From Patescibacteria group bacterium (GTDB lineage: Bacteria; Patescibacteriota; Patescibacteriia; XYB2-FULL-38-15): 64,000 nucleotides of DNA. Location of the stretch: contig JBAZEY010000005.1 of NCBI GenBank assembly GCA_041653675.1, positions 10,164 to 74,163 of the forward strand. The letters are read 5' to 3'. The notes under the pieces were generated by a model. The model saw only the letters and a program-made list of their open reading frames with translations. It was not told the origin of the DNA and did no database searches. How positions within the stretch are numbered: the stretch's first letter is position 1; each line of letters begins with the position of its first letter. This document shows, one piece after another, positions 1 through 8,032 of this stretch. The position numbers and the translations under genes are program-made.

Positions 1-292
1 TACCGACCGGCAGAACTTGGCCAACTAAAATCACTTCAATTTTTTCCCGCCGAACCGTTCGCCACAAATGCCAAACAAGCGGCAACCACTTTGGCCAAAT
101 AAATTTAGAAAATAAATTTCGCCGGTAAATTTTATAAGATTGATGATTATCAAAAATTTCCACCCCACCGTGCCTCTCCGCCAAAACCACAACTCTATCC
201 ACCGGTAACGCTCCGGCCAGACCCGCCAAATAATTCGCTATCCCGCCTTTCTGCGGCGGAAATTCAATTGTCGCGATTAATAACTTTTTCAT
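1..292 (-). CDS. Glycosyltransferase (GT4/GT1-type), N-terminal fragment. The gene continues beyond the window start.
   Basis: Reverse-complement translation gives MKKLLIATIEFPPQKGGIANYLAGLAGALPVDRVVVLAE..., a typical GT4 N-terminus. Its ATG overlaps the stop of the upstream flippase as ATGA. It runs off the window at position 1. Confidence 0.55.
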   Translation of the reverse strand, partial: MKKLLIATIEFPPQKGGIANYLAGLAGALPVDRVVVLAERHGGVEIFDNHQSYKIYRRNLFSKFIWPKWLPLVWHLWRTVRREKIEVILVGQVLPVG

Positions 293-1770
293 ATTTCTTC
301 TCCCTTACCATCAATCATTTCTACTGCCTCTTCTTTTTTTAGGGCTTTAAAAATATTTAAAACGTCGCGCCACTCCATGCCACGAATTAAAAATAACAAT
401 CCAAAATAAGCCGCCGCGCCGATCGGAACTAAAAATATCCAATAAACATACGGCCGCAAATAAATTATTGCCGCGCTCATCACTCCGGCCGAGAGAACAA
501 TTTTAAACAGCGCACTGAAAATAAATTTTTTATTATAATCCACAATCCGTCCGGCAAAAATCAGGCCGATCGCGAAAAGCAGGGCGTGTGAGATAACCGC
601 GGAAATCGCCGCGCCGAGAAATGAGTACCGCGGTATCAAAATTACGTTTAAAACGACGTTTAAACCCATACAAACACCCATAATGGCAGTATTAGTCATC
701 TGGCGATCCGTAGCGTTTAAAAGCGAACCTACCGGGTAATTTAAGAAAATAAAAATCACGGTAAAAATAGCGACCTGAAGCGGTAAAACCGACGCGGCGT
801 AAGAAGCACCGTAAAGTTTTAAAATTAATGGTTCGGCCAAAGAAAAAATTCCGAAAGCAATCGGCACGGCTAAAATCGCAAGATAAAATAAGACGCGCTC
901 AAAAGTTTTCCGGAGCATGATTTTGTCAGAGACGAAATACGCGCTCATTGCCGGAAAAGCCGCCGCGGCAAAAGCCATGGGAATAAATTGAAAAGCGTAA
1001 GTCAGTTTATACGCCACACTCCAAAAACCGACTGCCGCGTCTCCCACCATTTTTGAAAGCAGAACAGAATCAAGATAAGAATAAACTTTTACAAAAATTC
1101 CGGCTAAGGCAAAGGGGTAAGCAATTTTAAAAAGGGAAATCAAAAGAGTTTTATCAAAACACAAACACGGCCGAACTTCGGTTTTTTTCCAAAGTAAAAT
1201 TGATGAAAAGAAAAAATTAAAAATACTGCCCGACATTAAGGCGAGCAATAAATAATATAGTGGCGCATGAAGTATCAAACTTACTCCGCCGACCGCAATT
1301 ATCAAAATTTCGCTCACCACCACGCCCATTGATTCGTAACGTAAATTTTGCTGGCCGCGAAAAACCGCGTAAAAAGTGACATTAAAGGAATCCAAAAGCA
1401 TCACAATCCCGGAAAGATAAACCATCAATTTCGTTGCCGGCGGATAACCCATCACGTTGATGGCGACAATCACCGCGAGATATGTCAAAACACCCAAAAC
1501 AACTTTTGCTCCCAAAATATTTCCCAAATATTTTCCCGCCATTTCGCGCTTCTTGGCCGTTTCACGAATTAGAACCGAGGAAAGTCCGAGGTCAACAAAA
1601 ATGGAAAAAATTGTTGTAAAAGAAACAACAAAAAAATACTTGCCCGTGCCTTCCACTCCGGCAAGCCGAGCGATTAAAATAAAATACAAAAAAGCCAGGG
1701 CTTTTTGCCCGACCGTGGCAATGGTTAAATAGATAGTATTTCTCGCGATTTTTCCCGATTCTTGAGCCAT
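289..1770 (-). CDS. Polysaccharide/oligosaccharide flippase (Wzx/PST family, MOP superfamily)
   Basis: 493-aa polytopic membrane protein. N-terminus (...LAFLYFILIARLAGVEGTGKYFFVVSF...) and 12+ hydrophobic segments match the PST-family flippase pattern. Adjacent to a glycosyltransferase. Confidence 0.7.
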   Translation of the reverse strand: MAQESGKIARNTIYLTIATVGQKALAFLYFILIARLAGVEGTGKYFFVVSFTTIFSIFVDLGLSSVLIRETAKKREMAGKYLGNILGAKVVLGVLTYLAVIVAINVMGYPPATKLMVYLSGIVMLLDSFNVTFYAVFRGQQNLRYESMGVVVSEILIIAVGGVSLILHAPLYYLLLALMSGSIFNFFFSSILLWKKTEVRPCLCFDKTLLISLFKIAYPFALAGIFVKVYSYLDSVLLSKMVGDAAVGFWSVAYKLTYAFQFIPMAFAAAAFPAMSAYFVSDKIMLRKTFERVLFYLAILAVPIAFGIFSLAEPLILKLYGASYAASVLPLQVAIFTVIFIFLNYPVGSLLNATDRQMTNTAIMGVCMGLNVVLNVILIPRYSFLGAAISAVISHALLFAIGLIFAGRIVDYNKKFIFSALFKIVLSAGVMSAAIIYLRPYVYWIFLVPIGAAAYFGLLFLIRGMEWRDVLNIFKALKKEEAVEMIDGKGEEI

Positions 1771-1804
1771 AAGTATTATCCAATTTTACCGCGATTTGGC
1801 AATC

Positions 1805-1836
1805 TTGACAATCGATTAAGATTATGATATTATAAT
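1805..1836 (+). promoter_or_regulatory. Sigma70-type promoter for GC island 1: TTGACA, 17-nt spacer, TATTAT(AAT)
   Basis: TTGACAatcgattaagattatgaTATTATaat read directly. It lies ~65 nt upstream of an AGGAGG RBS and a GTG start. Confidence 0.45.
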
Positions 1837-1899
1837 TTGTTGTACGCCGAAGTAGCGTTCCAGCCTGGCCACGAAAGAGTGGCTTAGAAGGAGGAAGTT

Positions 1900-2358
1900 G
1901 TGAAGAGGATTCGTAGGGAAACCGCCCGCGTCGCCCGTCAGATGAGCGACGACATGGACGAACCGAGCATCCGGACCTGCTACCTAACTCTCTGGCCGCC
2001 CATTCCCATTTTCCCGGACTGCGAAGAGTGCCTCCAGGAAGCGCATATGTGCGGCGAATGCTGCGTGGGGTACCCGGTCGTCCATCGGGTTGATCTCAAC
2101 GACGACTACGACGCCACGATCGACGAGCCGTGCGAGTGCTACCCGGGCGTCCAGGCCTGCGTCTCGACGCCGTTGATGCCGCTCCCGCTCGACGAGATCG
2201 ACGGCGATGGCGATGGCTTCCTGGGCTGCGAGGAGTGCAACCCGGGGACGTGCACCTTCGAGTGCGGCACGGGCGTCCAGGCCCTCTCGGCCAGCGACGC
2301 CGACTGGATCTTGGACAAACACGAGCCGTACGAGATCGACGACGAATTCCCCAGCTGA
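1900..2358 (+). CDS. Hypothetical acidic Cys-rich protein (GC island 1), ~152 aa
   Basis: AGGAGG RBS 5 nt upstream of a GTG start. Strongly acidic with multiple CxxC/CEEC/CEC motifs. Coding GC is far above the flanking AT-rich DNA. I recognise no domain. Confidence 0.5.
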   Translation: MKRIRRETARVARQMSDDMDEPSIRTCYLTLWPPIPIFPDCEECLQEAHMCGECCVGYPVVHRVDLNDDYDATIDEPCECYPGVQACVSTPLMPLPLDEIDGDGDGFLGCEECNPGTCTFECGTGVQALSASDADWILDKHEPYEIDDEFPS

Positions 2359-2386
2359 CGACTACCGCAACTCCGATGAGTTGCGT

Positions 2387-2424
2387 GACGGGCGAAACCT
2401 GCAGAGGTTGCCCGTCTTTTTTTA
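2387..2424 (+). terminator. Intrinsic terminator: GACGGGC-N16-GCCCGTC hairpin followed by T8
   Basis: Inverted repeat plus T-run directly after the island 1 ORF. It abuts the queA stop on the opposite strand. Confidence 0.6.
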
Positions 2425-3441
2425 TTATAAAATCAACATTGCATCACCAAACGAATAAAACCGATAACGTTTTTTAATTGCAATTTGATAGGCCTTATCT
2501 ATAAATTTCTTGCCAGCGAAAGCCGCGACGAGCATTATCAAAGTTGACTTTGGAACATGAAAATTAGTAATCAAAGCGTCAATAAATTTGAATCTGTAAC
2601 CGGGATAGATAAAGATATTTGTTTCGCCGCTTTTGGCGCGGACTTTCCCATCGCTGGCGCAGTGTTCCAAAACTCGCACTGTGGTTGTCCCGCAAGCAAT
2701 AATTCTTCGGCCATCTTGTTTCGCCCCATTCAATCGCAGAGCGGTTTTTTTATCCAATTCAAAATATTCGCTATGGATTTTGTGTTTTGTAATATCATTT
2801 TCTTTTACCGGCTGAAAAGTGCCGAGGCCGACGTGGAGCGTGATATATTCAATTCGCACACCCATCTTTTTTAATTTTGCCAATAATTTTTTTGTAAAAT
2901 GCATTCCGGCGGTTGGCGCGGCAACCGATCCCAATTTTTCCGCGAAGACAGTTTGATATTCCGTGCTTTTTGCCAGTCGCTTGATGTACGGCGGCGTGGG
3001 CGGCTGGCCAATTTTTAAAATTTTCTCCATCAGTTTCACACCACTTAAATTAAATTTTATAACCGCCGTGTCCCCTGCTCTTTTTACGATCTCTCCACCC
3101 AATCCGCGGCTAAATTTTATTTTCAAACCAATTTGTTTTACGACCGGAACAAAACCCACAAGACATTGCCACGATGCCGCTGAAATTTGTTTTAAAAGTA
3201 AAATTTCCACCTTGCCGCCGGTTTCCTTTTTTCCTATCAATCTCGCCGGCAAAACTTTGGAATTATTTAAAACCAAAACGTCGCCGGGACGTAAATATTT
3301 TCCGAGATTATAAAAGCTATCGTGAGCCATGGATTGCTCTCCACAATTAAGCACCATTAACCGGCAGGCGTCGCGCGGGTTGGCCGGTTTTTGGGCGATT
3401 AAATTTTTCGGAAGATTAAAATCAAATTCAGATAATTTCAT
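2425..3441 (-). CDS. queA: S-adenosylmethionine:tRNA ribosyltransferase-isomerase
   Basis: 338 aa. MKLSEFDFNLPKNLIAQKPANPRDACRLMVL... matches QueA over its full length. Confidence 0.9.
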   Translation of the reverse strand: MKLSEFDFNLPKNLIAQKPANPRDACRLMVLNCGEQSMAHDSFYNLGKYLRPGDVLVLNNSKVLPARLIGKKETGGKVEILLLKQISAASWQCLVGFVPVVKQIGLKIKFSRGLGGEIVKRAGDTAVIKFNLSGVKLMEKILKIGQPPTPPYIKRLAKSTEYQTVFAEKLGSVAAPTAGMHFTKKLLAKLKKMGVRIEYITLHVGLGTFQPVKENDITKHKIHSEYFELDKKTALRLNGAKQDGRRIIACGTTTVRVLEHCASDGKVRAKSGETNIFIYPGYRFKFIDALITNFHVPKSTLIMLVAAFAGKKFIDKAYQIAIKKRYRFYSFGDAMLIL

Positions 3442-3470
3442 ACGAAAAAGGGACGAATCAACGTCCCTTT
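3442..3470 (-). terminator. Hairpin AAAGGGACG-N7-CGTCCCTTT followed (minus strand) by T5, just upstream of the queA ATG
   Basis: 9-bp stem read directly. Probable terminator of the rplM-rpsI transcript. Confidence 0.45.
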
Positions 3471-3502
3471 TATTATAACATGTTTTATTTTTAACGTTTT
3501 TG

Positions 3503-3606
3503 CCAATGCGGCGTCGACGCTTCGCGTCTCCTTAAAACCCTTCGGTTTTAATATTTCCGCCACGGGAAAACTATCGTTTTCCCGACCCCTTTCCAGTCCT
3601 CGCGTC
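3503..3606. repeat. Structured repeat element, copy A (~105 nt; three hairpins). Second copy at ~35300-35415 in opposite orientation.
   Basis: Core TTAAAACCCtTCGGTTTTAATATTTCCGCcACGGGAAAACTatCGTTTTCCCGACCCCTTTCC is >90% identical to the reverse complement of 35335-35396. Hairpins are AAAACC/GGTTTT, GGGAAAAC/GTTTTCCC and GACGC/GCGTC. Confidence 0.6.
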
Positions 3607-3612
3607 AAAAGC

Positions 3613-4164
3613 TTAGCGCTTTTGCCACTGCGGTGCTCTTCTCGCGCGCTTGAGGCCCGGTTTCTTTCTTTCCTTTACTCTAGGATCGCGAGTTAAAAAT
3701 CCAGCCTTGCGTAAATTCTTTTTAAAATTAACATTTAAAAGAACCAGTGCGCGAGAAATACCAAGGCGCACCGCCTCAGCCTGGCCGCGTAAACCGCCGC
3801 CAGATGATTTCGCTTCAATATCAACTTTATCCGCTTGGCCGACTGATTTTAATGGTCCGGAAACAATTTGTTCCATCTCTTCGGTCGGAAAACATTCTGT
3901 GTATAATTTTCCGTTAACCGTAATTTTGCCCTTGCCATTTTTATGAAGTCTCACGGTGGCAACAGCTTCTTTGCGCCGACCAATAGCATAAATATATCCC
4001 GATTTTTTATCTTCGGATATTTTTTCTTCGGCAACCGCCACTGTTTCTTTCTTTTCTTCCAGCTCCGGTTTTTCTTCCACCACTTTCTTTTTAGCAACTC
4101 TTTTCGCGGCCGGTTTGGTAGTCGCAGTTTTTGTCTTTTTAGGTTTTTTTATTTCCTCAGTCAT
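3613..4164 (-). CDS. rpsI: 30S ribosomal protein S9 with ~55-aa K/E-rich N-terminal extension
   Basis: C-terminal ...GYIYAIGRRKEAVATVRL...RDPRVKERKKPGLKRARRAPQWQKR is canonical S9. Confidence 0.9.
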   Translation of the reverse strand: MTEEIKKPKKTKTATTKPAAKRVAKKKVVEEKPELEEKKETVAVAEEKISEDKKSGYIYAIGRRKEAVATVRLHKNGKGKITVNGKLYTECFPTEEMEQIVSGPLKSVGQADKVDIEAKSSGGGLRGQAEAVRLGISRALVLLNVNFKKNLRKAGFLTRDPRVKERKKPGLKRARRAPQWQKR

Positions 4165-4170
4165 AAATTA

Positions 4171-4536
4171 TTACTTGCTGATTTTTAACCTTTTGATTAT
4201 TTTTTTCCTTGTTCTGTTCGTCGGCAACATTCCCCAAACAGCTTTCCAAACAACTTTTTGCGGGCTTTTCTCGAACAATTCTTTAATCGTCGGCTGCTTG
4301 GCTCCGCCCGGATAGAAAGTGTGCCAGAAATATTTTTTATCAGTAAATTTCTTACCAGTGAATTTAACTTTAGTGGCGTTTATAACATTAACAAAATCTC
4401 CGCCGTCCACATCAAACCTAAAAGAGGGACTTCCTTTCCCGCGTAAAAGTAGAGCAACCTTTGTTGCGAGTCTCCCGAGCGGTACACCCGCCGCATCAAC
4501 TGTATGTGTTTGTCTTTTTATTATTTCTTTTGGCAT
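4171..4536 (-). CDS. rplM: 50S ribosomal protein L13
   Basis: 121 aa. MPKEIIKRQTHTVDAAGVPLGRLATKVALLLRGK... matches L13. Confidence 0.9.
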   Translation of the reverse strand: MPKEIIKRQTHTVDAAGVPLGRLATKVALLLRGKGSPSFRFDVDGGDFVNVINATKVKFTGKKFTDKKYFWHTFYPGGAKQPTIKELFEKSPQKVVWKAVWGMLPTNRTRKKIIKRLKISK

Positions 4537-4540
4537 AAAT

Positions 4541-4891
4541 TTACACTAATTCAATTTGAACAATTTCTGCCGCGTCTCCCTGCCGGCGGCCGACATTTAT
4601 AATTCTTGTATAACCACCTTTGCGATCTTTGTATCTTGGACCAATCTCTTCCAAAATCTTTTTAACCGCTGCTTCTTTGTACAAATATTTTAAGAGATAT
4701 CGTCTCGTCGCCAAAGTATTAATTTTACCGCGAGTAATTAATCTCTCAACAATCGGCTTTACGGTTTTTGCCTTAGCTTTCGTTGTCTGCATTTTTTCAT
4801 ACAAAATCAAACTTACCGCCAATCCTCGAAGCAAGGCAGTTCTTGGTCCCACTTTTCTATCTAAAATTTTTCCCTTTTTTCTGTGACGCAT
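4541..4891 (-). CDS. rplQ: 50S ribosomal protein L17
   Basis: 116 aa. MRHRKKGKILDRKVGPRTALLRGLAVSLI... matches L17. Confidence 0.9.
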   Translation of the reverse strand: MRHRKKGKILDRKVGPRTALLRGLAVSLILYEKMQTTKAKAKTVKPIVERLITRGKINTLATRRYLLKYLYKEAAVKKILEEIGPRYKDRKGGYTRIINVGRRQGDAAEIVQIELV

Positions 4892-4953
4892 AATGAATTT
4901 TACTATGACGTGTAATAAGTTTTAACAATTAAATTTTGCCAGTCAACAGCAAA

Positions 4954-5778
4954 CTATTTAGCCTTTTTAGGTCTTCCTCTTTTTTTCTTCTCTTTTTCTT
5001 CGGCTGGGGCTTCCCCCATTTCTTCTTCCGCGACTTCTTCTTTCACTTCCTCTTTTTCCTCAACTTTTTCCGGAACTTCTGCCCTTGAACCAACGCCATC
5101 CAAAAATAAATTAAAATGATCAATCAAAATCTGCGCGCTATGCTTTAATGCTTCTTCCGGAGTAGTTGTTCCGTCAGTTTCAATATCCAAAATCAAACGA
5201 TCGTAGTTTGTAATATCGCCAACGCGGACATTTTCTACTTTATACCCGATATTTTTAATCGGAGCAAAAATTGAATCAACGGCAATAGCTCCTAATTCCA
5301 ATTTTTCTTTTTCTCGCGCCTCAACCGGTAAAAATCCTCTACCCTGGCTTACAAAAATTTCCATTTCTAAATCGGCATTTTTGTTAGTCAAAGTAGCGAT
5401 GTGTAAATCTTTATTTATAATTTCTACATCAGATGATTCCAGAATATCCGCAGCAGTCGCTTCTTTTTCTCCCTTAGCTTTGAGGACTAGACGAACTGGT
5501 TCGGCTGAAAAAACTTTCAATCTAAGCTGTTTGATGTTTAAGAGAACTTCCACCACATCTTCTTTTACGTGTGGAATCGTGGAAAATTCATGCTGGACGC
5601 CTTTTATTTTAATAGCTGTCGCTGCCGCCCCCGGCAAAGAAGAAAGCATTACGCGCCGGATAGCGTTGCCCAAAGTCGTACCATAACCATAATAGCAAGG
5701 TTCAACTATAACCGTTGCTTCGTTTTTGTTTTTTCCTTTTTTGATTTCGATTTTGGACGGTAAAATAATTGGTTCCAT
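4954..5778 (-). CDS. rpoA: DNA-directed RNA polymerase subunit alpha, NTD only, with acidic/AT-hook-like tail
   Basis: The alpha-NTD (...GYGTTLGNAIRRVMLSSLPGAA...) is present. 274 aa. The C-terminus is EKVEEKEEVKEEVAEEEMGEAPAEEKEKKKRGRPKKAK instead of an alpha-CTD. Confidence 0.85.
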   Translation of the reverse strand: MEPIILPSKIEIKKGKNKNEATVIVEPCYYGYGTTLGNAIRRVMLSSLPGAAATAIKIKGVQHEFSTIPHVKEDVVEVLLNIKQLRLKVFSAEPVRLVLKAKGEKEATAADILESSDVEIINKDLHIATLTNKNADLEMEIFVSQGRGFLPVEAREKEKLELGAIAVDSIFAPIKNIGYKVENVRVGDITNYDRLILDIETDGTTTPEEALKHSAQILIDHFNLFLDGVGSRAEVPEKVEEKEEVKEEVAEEEMGEAPAEEKEKKKRGRPKKAK

Positions 5779-5805
5779 AAGACTTTATTAAACTCGTTTA
5801 AATTA

Positions 5806-6435
5806 TTAACGAGAATAAAATTCGATAATCATTTTAAGATCAAACTGCGTTTTCACGTCATTCTTGGTCGGTTTTCTTATGACTTTTCCTTCCATTTTTG
5901 CCGCATCAAGCGCAAGCCATGCCGGAGGTTCTAATTTTGCGAGCGTCTGCGGCAAATTCTCAAAAACTTTTTTAGCGGCGGCGTTTAATTTTATAGAAAC
6001 AATATCGCCGACTTTAACTTGATAAGAAGGAATCGTAACCTTTTTTCCATTTACGAAGAGCAAACCATGGCCGACAAGCTGTCTCGCCTGTTGACGTGAT
6101 TTTCCAATTCCAAGGCGATAAACAACATTATCAAAGCGCATTTCCAAAAGTTGGAGCAAGAATTCGCTCGTATCGCCGGTTTTTTTAATGGCTTTTTCAA
6201 AATAATTTCTAAACTGTCTTTCTAAAATTCCGTAAATACGTTTAGATTTTTGTTTTTCTCTAAGCTGTGTTCCGTAACCAGTTAATCTGATTTTTCCTTT
6301 CGGACCATGAACACCCGGCGGGTAACCCCTTCTGACCATGGCGCACTTGGTCAAATTACAACGATCCCCTTTTAAAAAAAGTTTTTCTCCCTCTCGACGA
6401 CATTGCGCGCATCTAGATTTTAAATATCTTCCCAT
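5806..6435 (-). CDS. rpsD: 30S ribosomal protein S4
   Basis: MGRYLKSRCAQCRREGEKLFLKGDRC... is the S4 zinc-ribbon N-terminus, followed by the S4 domain. Confidence 0.9.
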   Translation of the reverse strand: MGRYLKSRCAQCRREGEKLFLKGDRCNLTKCAMVRRGYPPGVHGPKGKIRLTGYGTQLREKQKSKRIYGILERQFRNYFEKAIKKTGDTSEFLLQLLEMRFDNVVYRLGIGKSRQQARQLVGHGLLFVNGKKVTIPSYQVKVGDIVSIKLNAAAKKVFENLPQTLAKLEPPAWLALDAAKMEGKVIRKPTKNDVKTQFDLKMIIEFYSR

Positions 6436-6442
6436 ATTTCAA

Positions 6443-6919
6443 TTACACTCTCCTTGGTTTTGGCGCCCGGCAACCGTTGTGCGGAATCGGGGTCATATCC
6501 TTAATTGATAAAACATTTAATCCATTGGCGTTTAGGGCGCGAACTGCCGCCTCCCGTCCGGAACCAACGCCTTTAACCAAAACATTCACTTCTTGCAAAC
6601 CATAATCAACGGCTTTTTCCGCTGCGTCTTTTACGACAAGACCCGCCGCGTAAGGCGTAGCTTTCTTCGGACCCTTAAAGCCGCAAAGTCCGGATGAAGA
6701 CCACGACAAAACATTACCATTCGGATCGGTTAAAGTAACTATAGTATTATTATAAGTAGCCTGAACATAAGCTCGGCCGCTCGGCACATGCCTCACGACT
6801 CTTTTCTTTTTCGCTTTTGCTTTTGGAGCTGCCTCGGTTTTTTCCGCATTTTTTTCCGTAGTCTTTTTTTCTTCTGGCCCGACGGCTGCCTCGGTTTTTA
6901 CAATTTGTTCTTCTGCCAT
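6443..6919 (-). CDS. rpsK: 30S ribosomal protein S11 with K/E/A-rich N-terminal extension
   Basis: ...[38 protein letters not shown]... matches the S11 core. Confidence 0.9.
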   Translation of the reverse strand: MAEEQIVKTEAAVGPEEKKTTEKNAEKTEAAPKAKAKKKRVVRHVPSGRAYVQATYNNTIVTLTDPNGNVLSWSSSGLCGFKGPKKATPYAAGLVVKDAAEKAVDYGLQEVNVLVKGVGSGREAAVRALNANGLNVLSIKDMTPIPHNGCRAPKPRRV

Positions 6920-6946
6920 AAATTATTTTATTTTTGACTTTTTATA

Positions 6947-7339
6947 TTAAGTTTTTTGTCCCGCTGCCTTACGGCCGCTACCCATTGTTCTTCGAGTGTT
7001 GCCGCGAACGGTGCGAGAATTTGTCTTTGTTCGTTGTCCACGCGCTGGAAGGCCTCTTGCGTGCCGTGTTCCCCGATATGCTCCTATTTCTTTCAATCTT
7101 TTAATATTGCTAAATACATCTCTTTTCAAATCACCTTCAACTTTATAATTTTTTTCAATAAATTCTCTTAATTTGTTAACTTCTTCGTCAGTCAAAGCAT
7201 TAGTTCTTGTATCCGGACTAATTTTCGTGGCCACCAAAATTTTATTCGCCTGTGCCCGGCCAATACCATATAAATAACCCAATGCGATTTCTATTCTTTT
7301 GTTTTGTGGGAGGACTAAACCTGCAATTCTAACTACCAT
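6947..7339 (-). CDS. rpsM: 30S ribosomal protein S13
   Basis: [35 protein letters not shown]... matches S13. Confidence 0.9.
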   Translation of the reverse strand: MVVRIAGLVLPQNKRIEIALGYLYGIGRAQANKILVATKISPDTRTNALTDEEVNKLREFIEKNYKVEGDLKRDVFSNIKRLKEIGAYRGTRHARGLPARGQRTKTNSRTVRGNTRRTMGSGRKAAGQKT

Positions 7340-7422
7340 ATATTGTTAAATTTGTTAAATTAATCTCTATCGATTTGTTGCGTGATAACAGCCCAAGCAG
7401 TTTTTACCACACACCGCGTCGG

Positions 7423-7536
7423 TTATCCTTGTCTTTGTTTATGTTTAGCTGTTTTACAAATTACAAAAATCCGCTTACCGCGTTTTATAACTTTGCATGA
7501 CGGACAAATTTTTTTAACCGAAGCCCTGACTTTCAT
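7423..7536 (-). CDS. rpmJ: 50S ribosomal protein L36 (37 aa; absent from the supplied ORF track)
   Basis: Reverse-complement translation gives [37 protein letters not shown], the canonical L36 zinc ribbon. It sits between infA and rpsM as in the alpha operon. Confidence 0.8.
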   Translation of the reverse strand: MKVRASVKKICPSCKVIKRGKRIFVICKTAKHKQRQG

Positions 7537-7542
7537 AATTTT

Positions 7543-7767
7543 TTAAAATCTATAAACAACTCTTCCCTTGGTTAAATCGTACGGCGTCATTTCCACTTTG
7601 ACCTTATCACCAGGAAGCAATCTGATTTTATTTAAACGCATCTTGCCGGAAAGATGGCCCATAATAACATGGCCGTCCTCCAGCTTGATTTTGAAAGTAG
7701 CCGCCGGCAAAAGTTCGAGAACCTGGCCAGTCACTTCAATAAAGTCTTTACTCGTGTCTTGCACCAT
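7543..7767 (-). CDS. infA: Translation initiation factor IF-1
   Basis: 74 aa. ...[38 protein letters not shown] matches IF-1. Confidence 0.9.
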   Translation of the reverse strand: MVQDTSKDFIEVTGQVLELLPAATFKIKLEDGHVIMGHLSGKMRLNKIRLLPGDKVKVEMTPYDLTKGRVVYRF

Positions 7768-7898
7768 AAGGTGTAGAATTTTTAATTTTCTCTTTGATAA
7801 CTAAAATAAAAACCGCAGAACCCGGAATCTCATACCCGAGTCCCCAGTCCTAAAATTTTGATTTCGTTATCGCTGGAATTATTGACAAGCGAGTGAGA

Positions 7899-7920
7899 GA
7901 AATGAAATTCATTTCATTTC
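7899..7920. promoter_or_regulatory. 22-bp perfect palindrome GAAATGAAAT-tc-ATTTCATTTC in the alpha-operon leader
   Basis: 10-bp arms read directly. Located ~90 nt downstream of the promoter at 7992-8020 and ~130 nt upstream of infA. Confidence 0.5.
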
Positions 7921-7991
7921 CGAGCGAGCGCAGTCAACACAGGGTTGATGCCCTTTATTATATTATTCCCCTTAAAAGGTGTCAAGTAGTA

Positions 7992-8020
7992 TTATACAGA
8001 ATCCCCTATTTTATGTCAAA
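7992..8020 (-). promoter_or_regulatory. Consensus sigma70 promoter (TTGACA-N17-TATAAT) for the infA/alpha operon
   Basis: The minus strand reads TTGACAtaaaataggggattctgTATAATac. This implies a ~220-nt 5' leader before infA. Confidence 0.55.
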
Positions 8021-8032
8021 TCAAAGGTCTTA

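Noticed and set aside
1348-1783. Track ORFs 1348-1572(+), 1457-1732(+) and 1592-1783(-) inside or antisense to the flippase gene
   Set aside because: They lie fully within a well-supported 493-aa membrane protein gene. Composition-driven antisense ORFs with no RBS or homology.
1984-2477. Alternative-frame ORFs in GC island 1 (1984-2322 -, 2130-2477 +, 2207-2458 +)
   Set aside because: High-GC DNA is open in many frames. Only the 1900-2358 frame has an AGGAGG RBS plus promoter and terminator. The others are Arg/Ala/Pro-rich frame artefacts.
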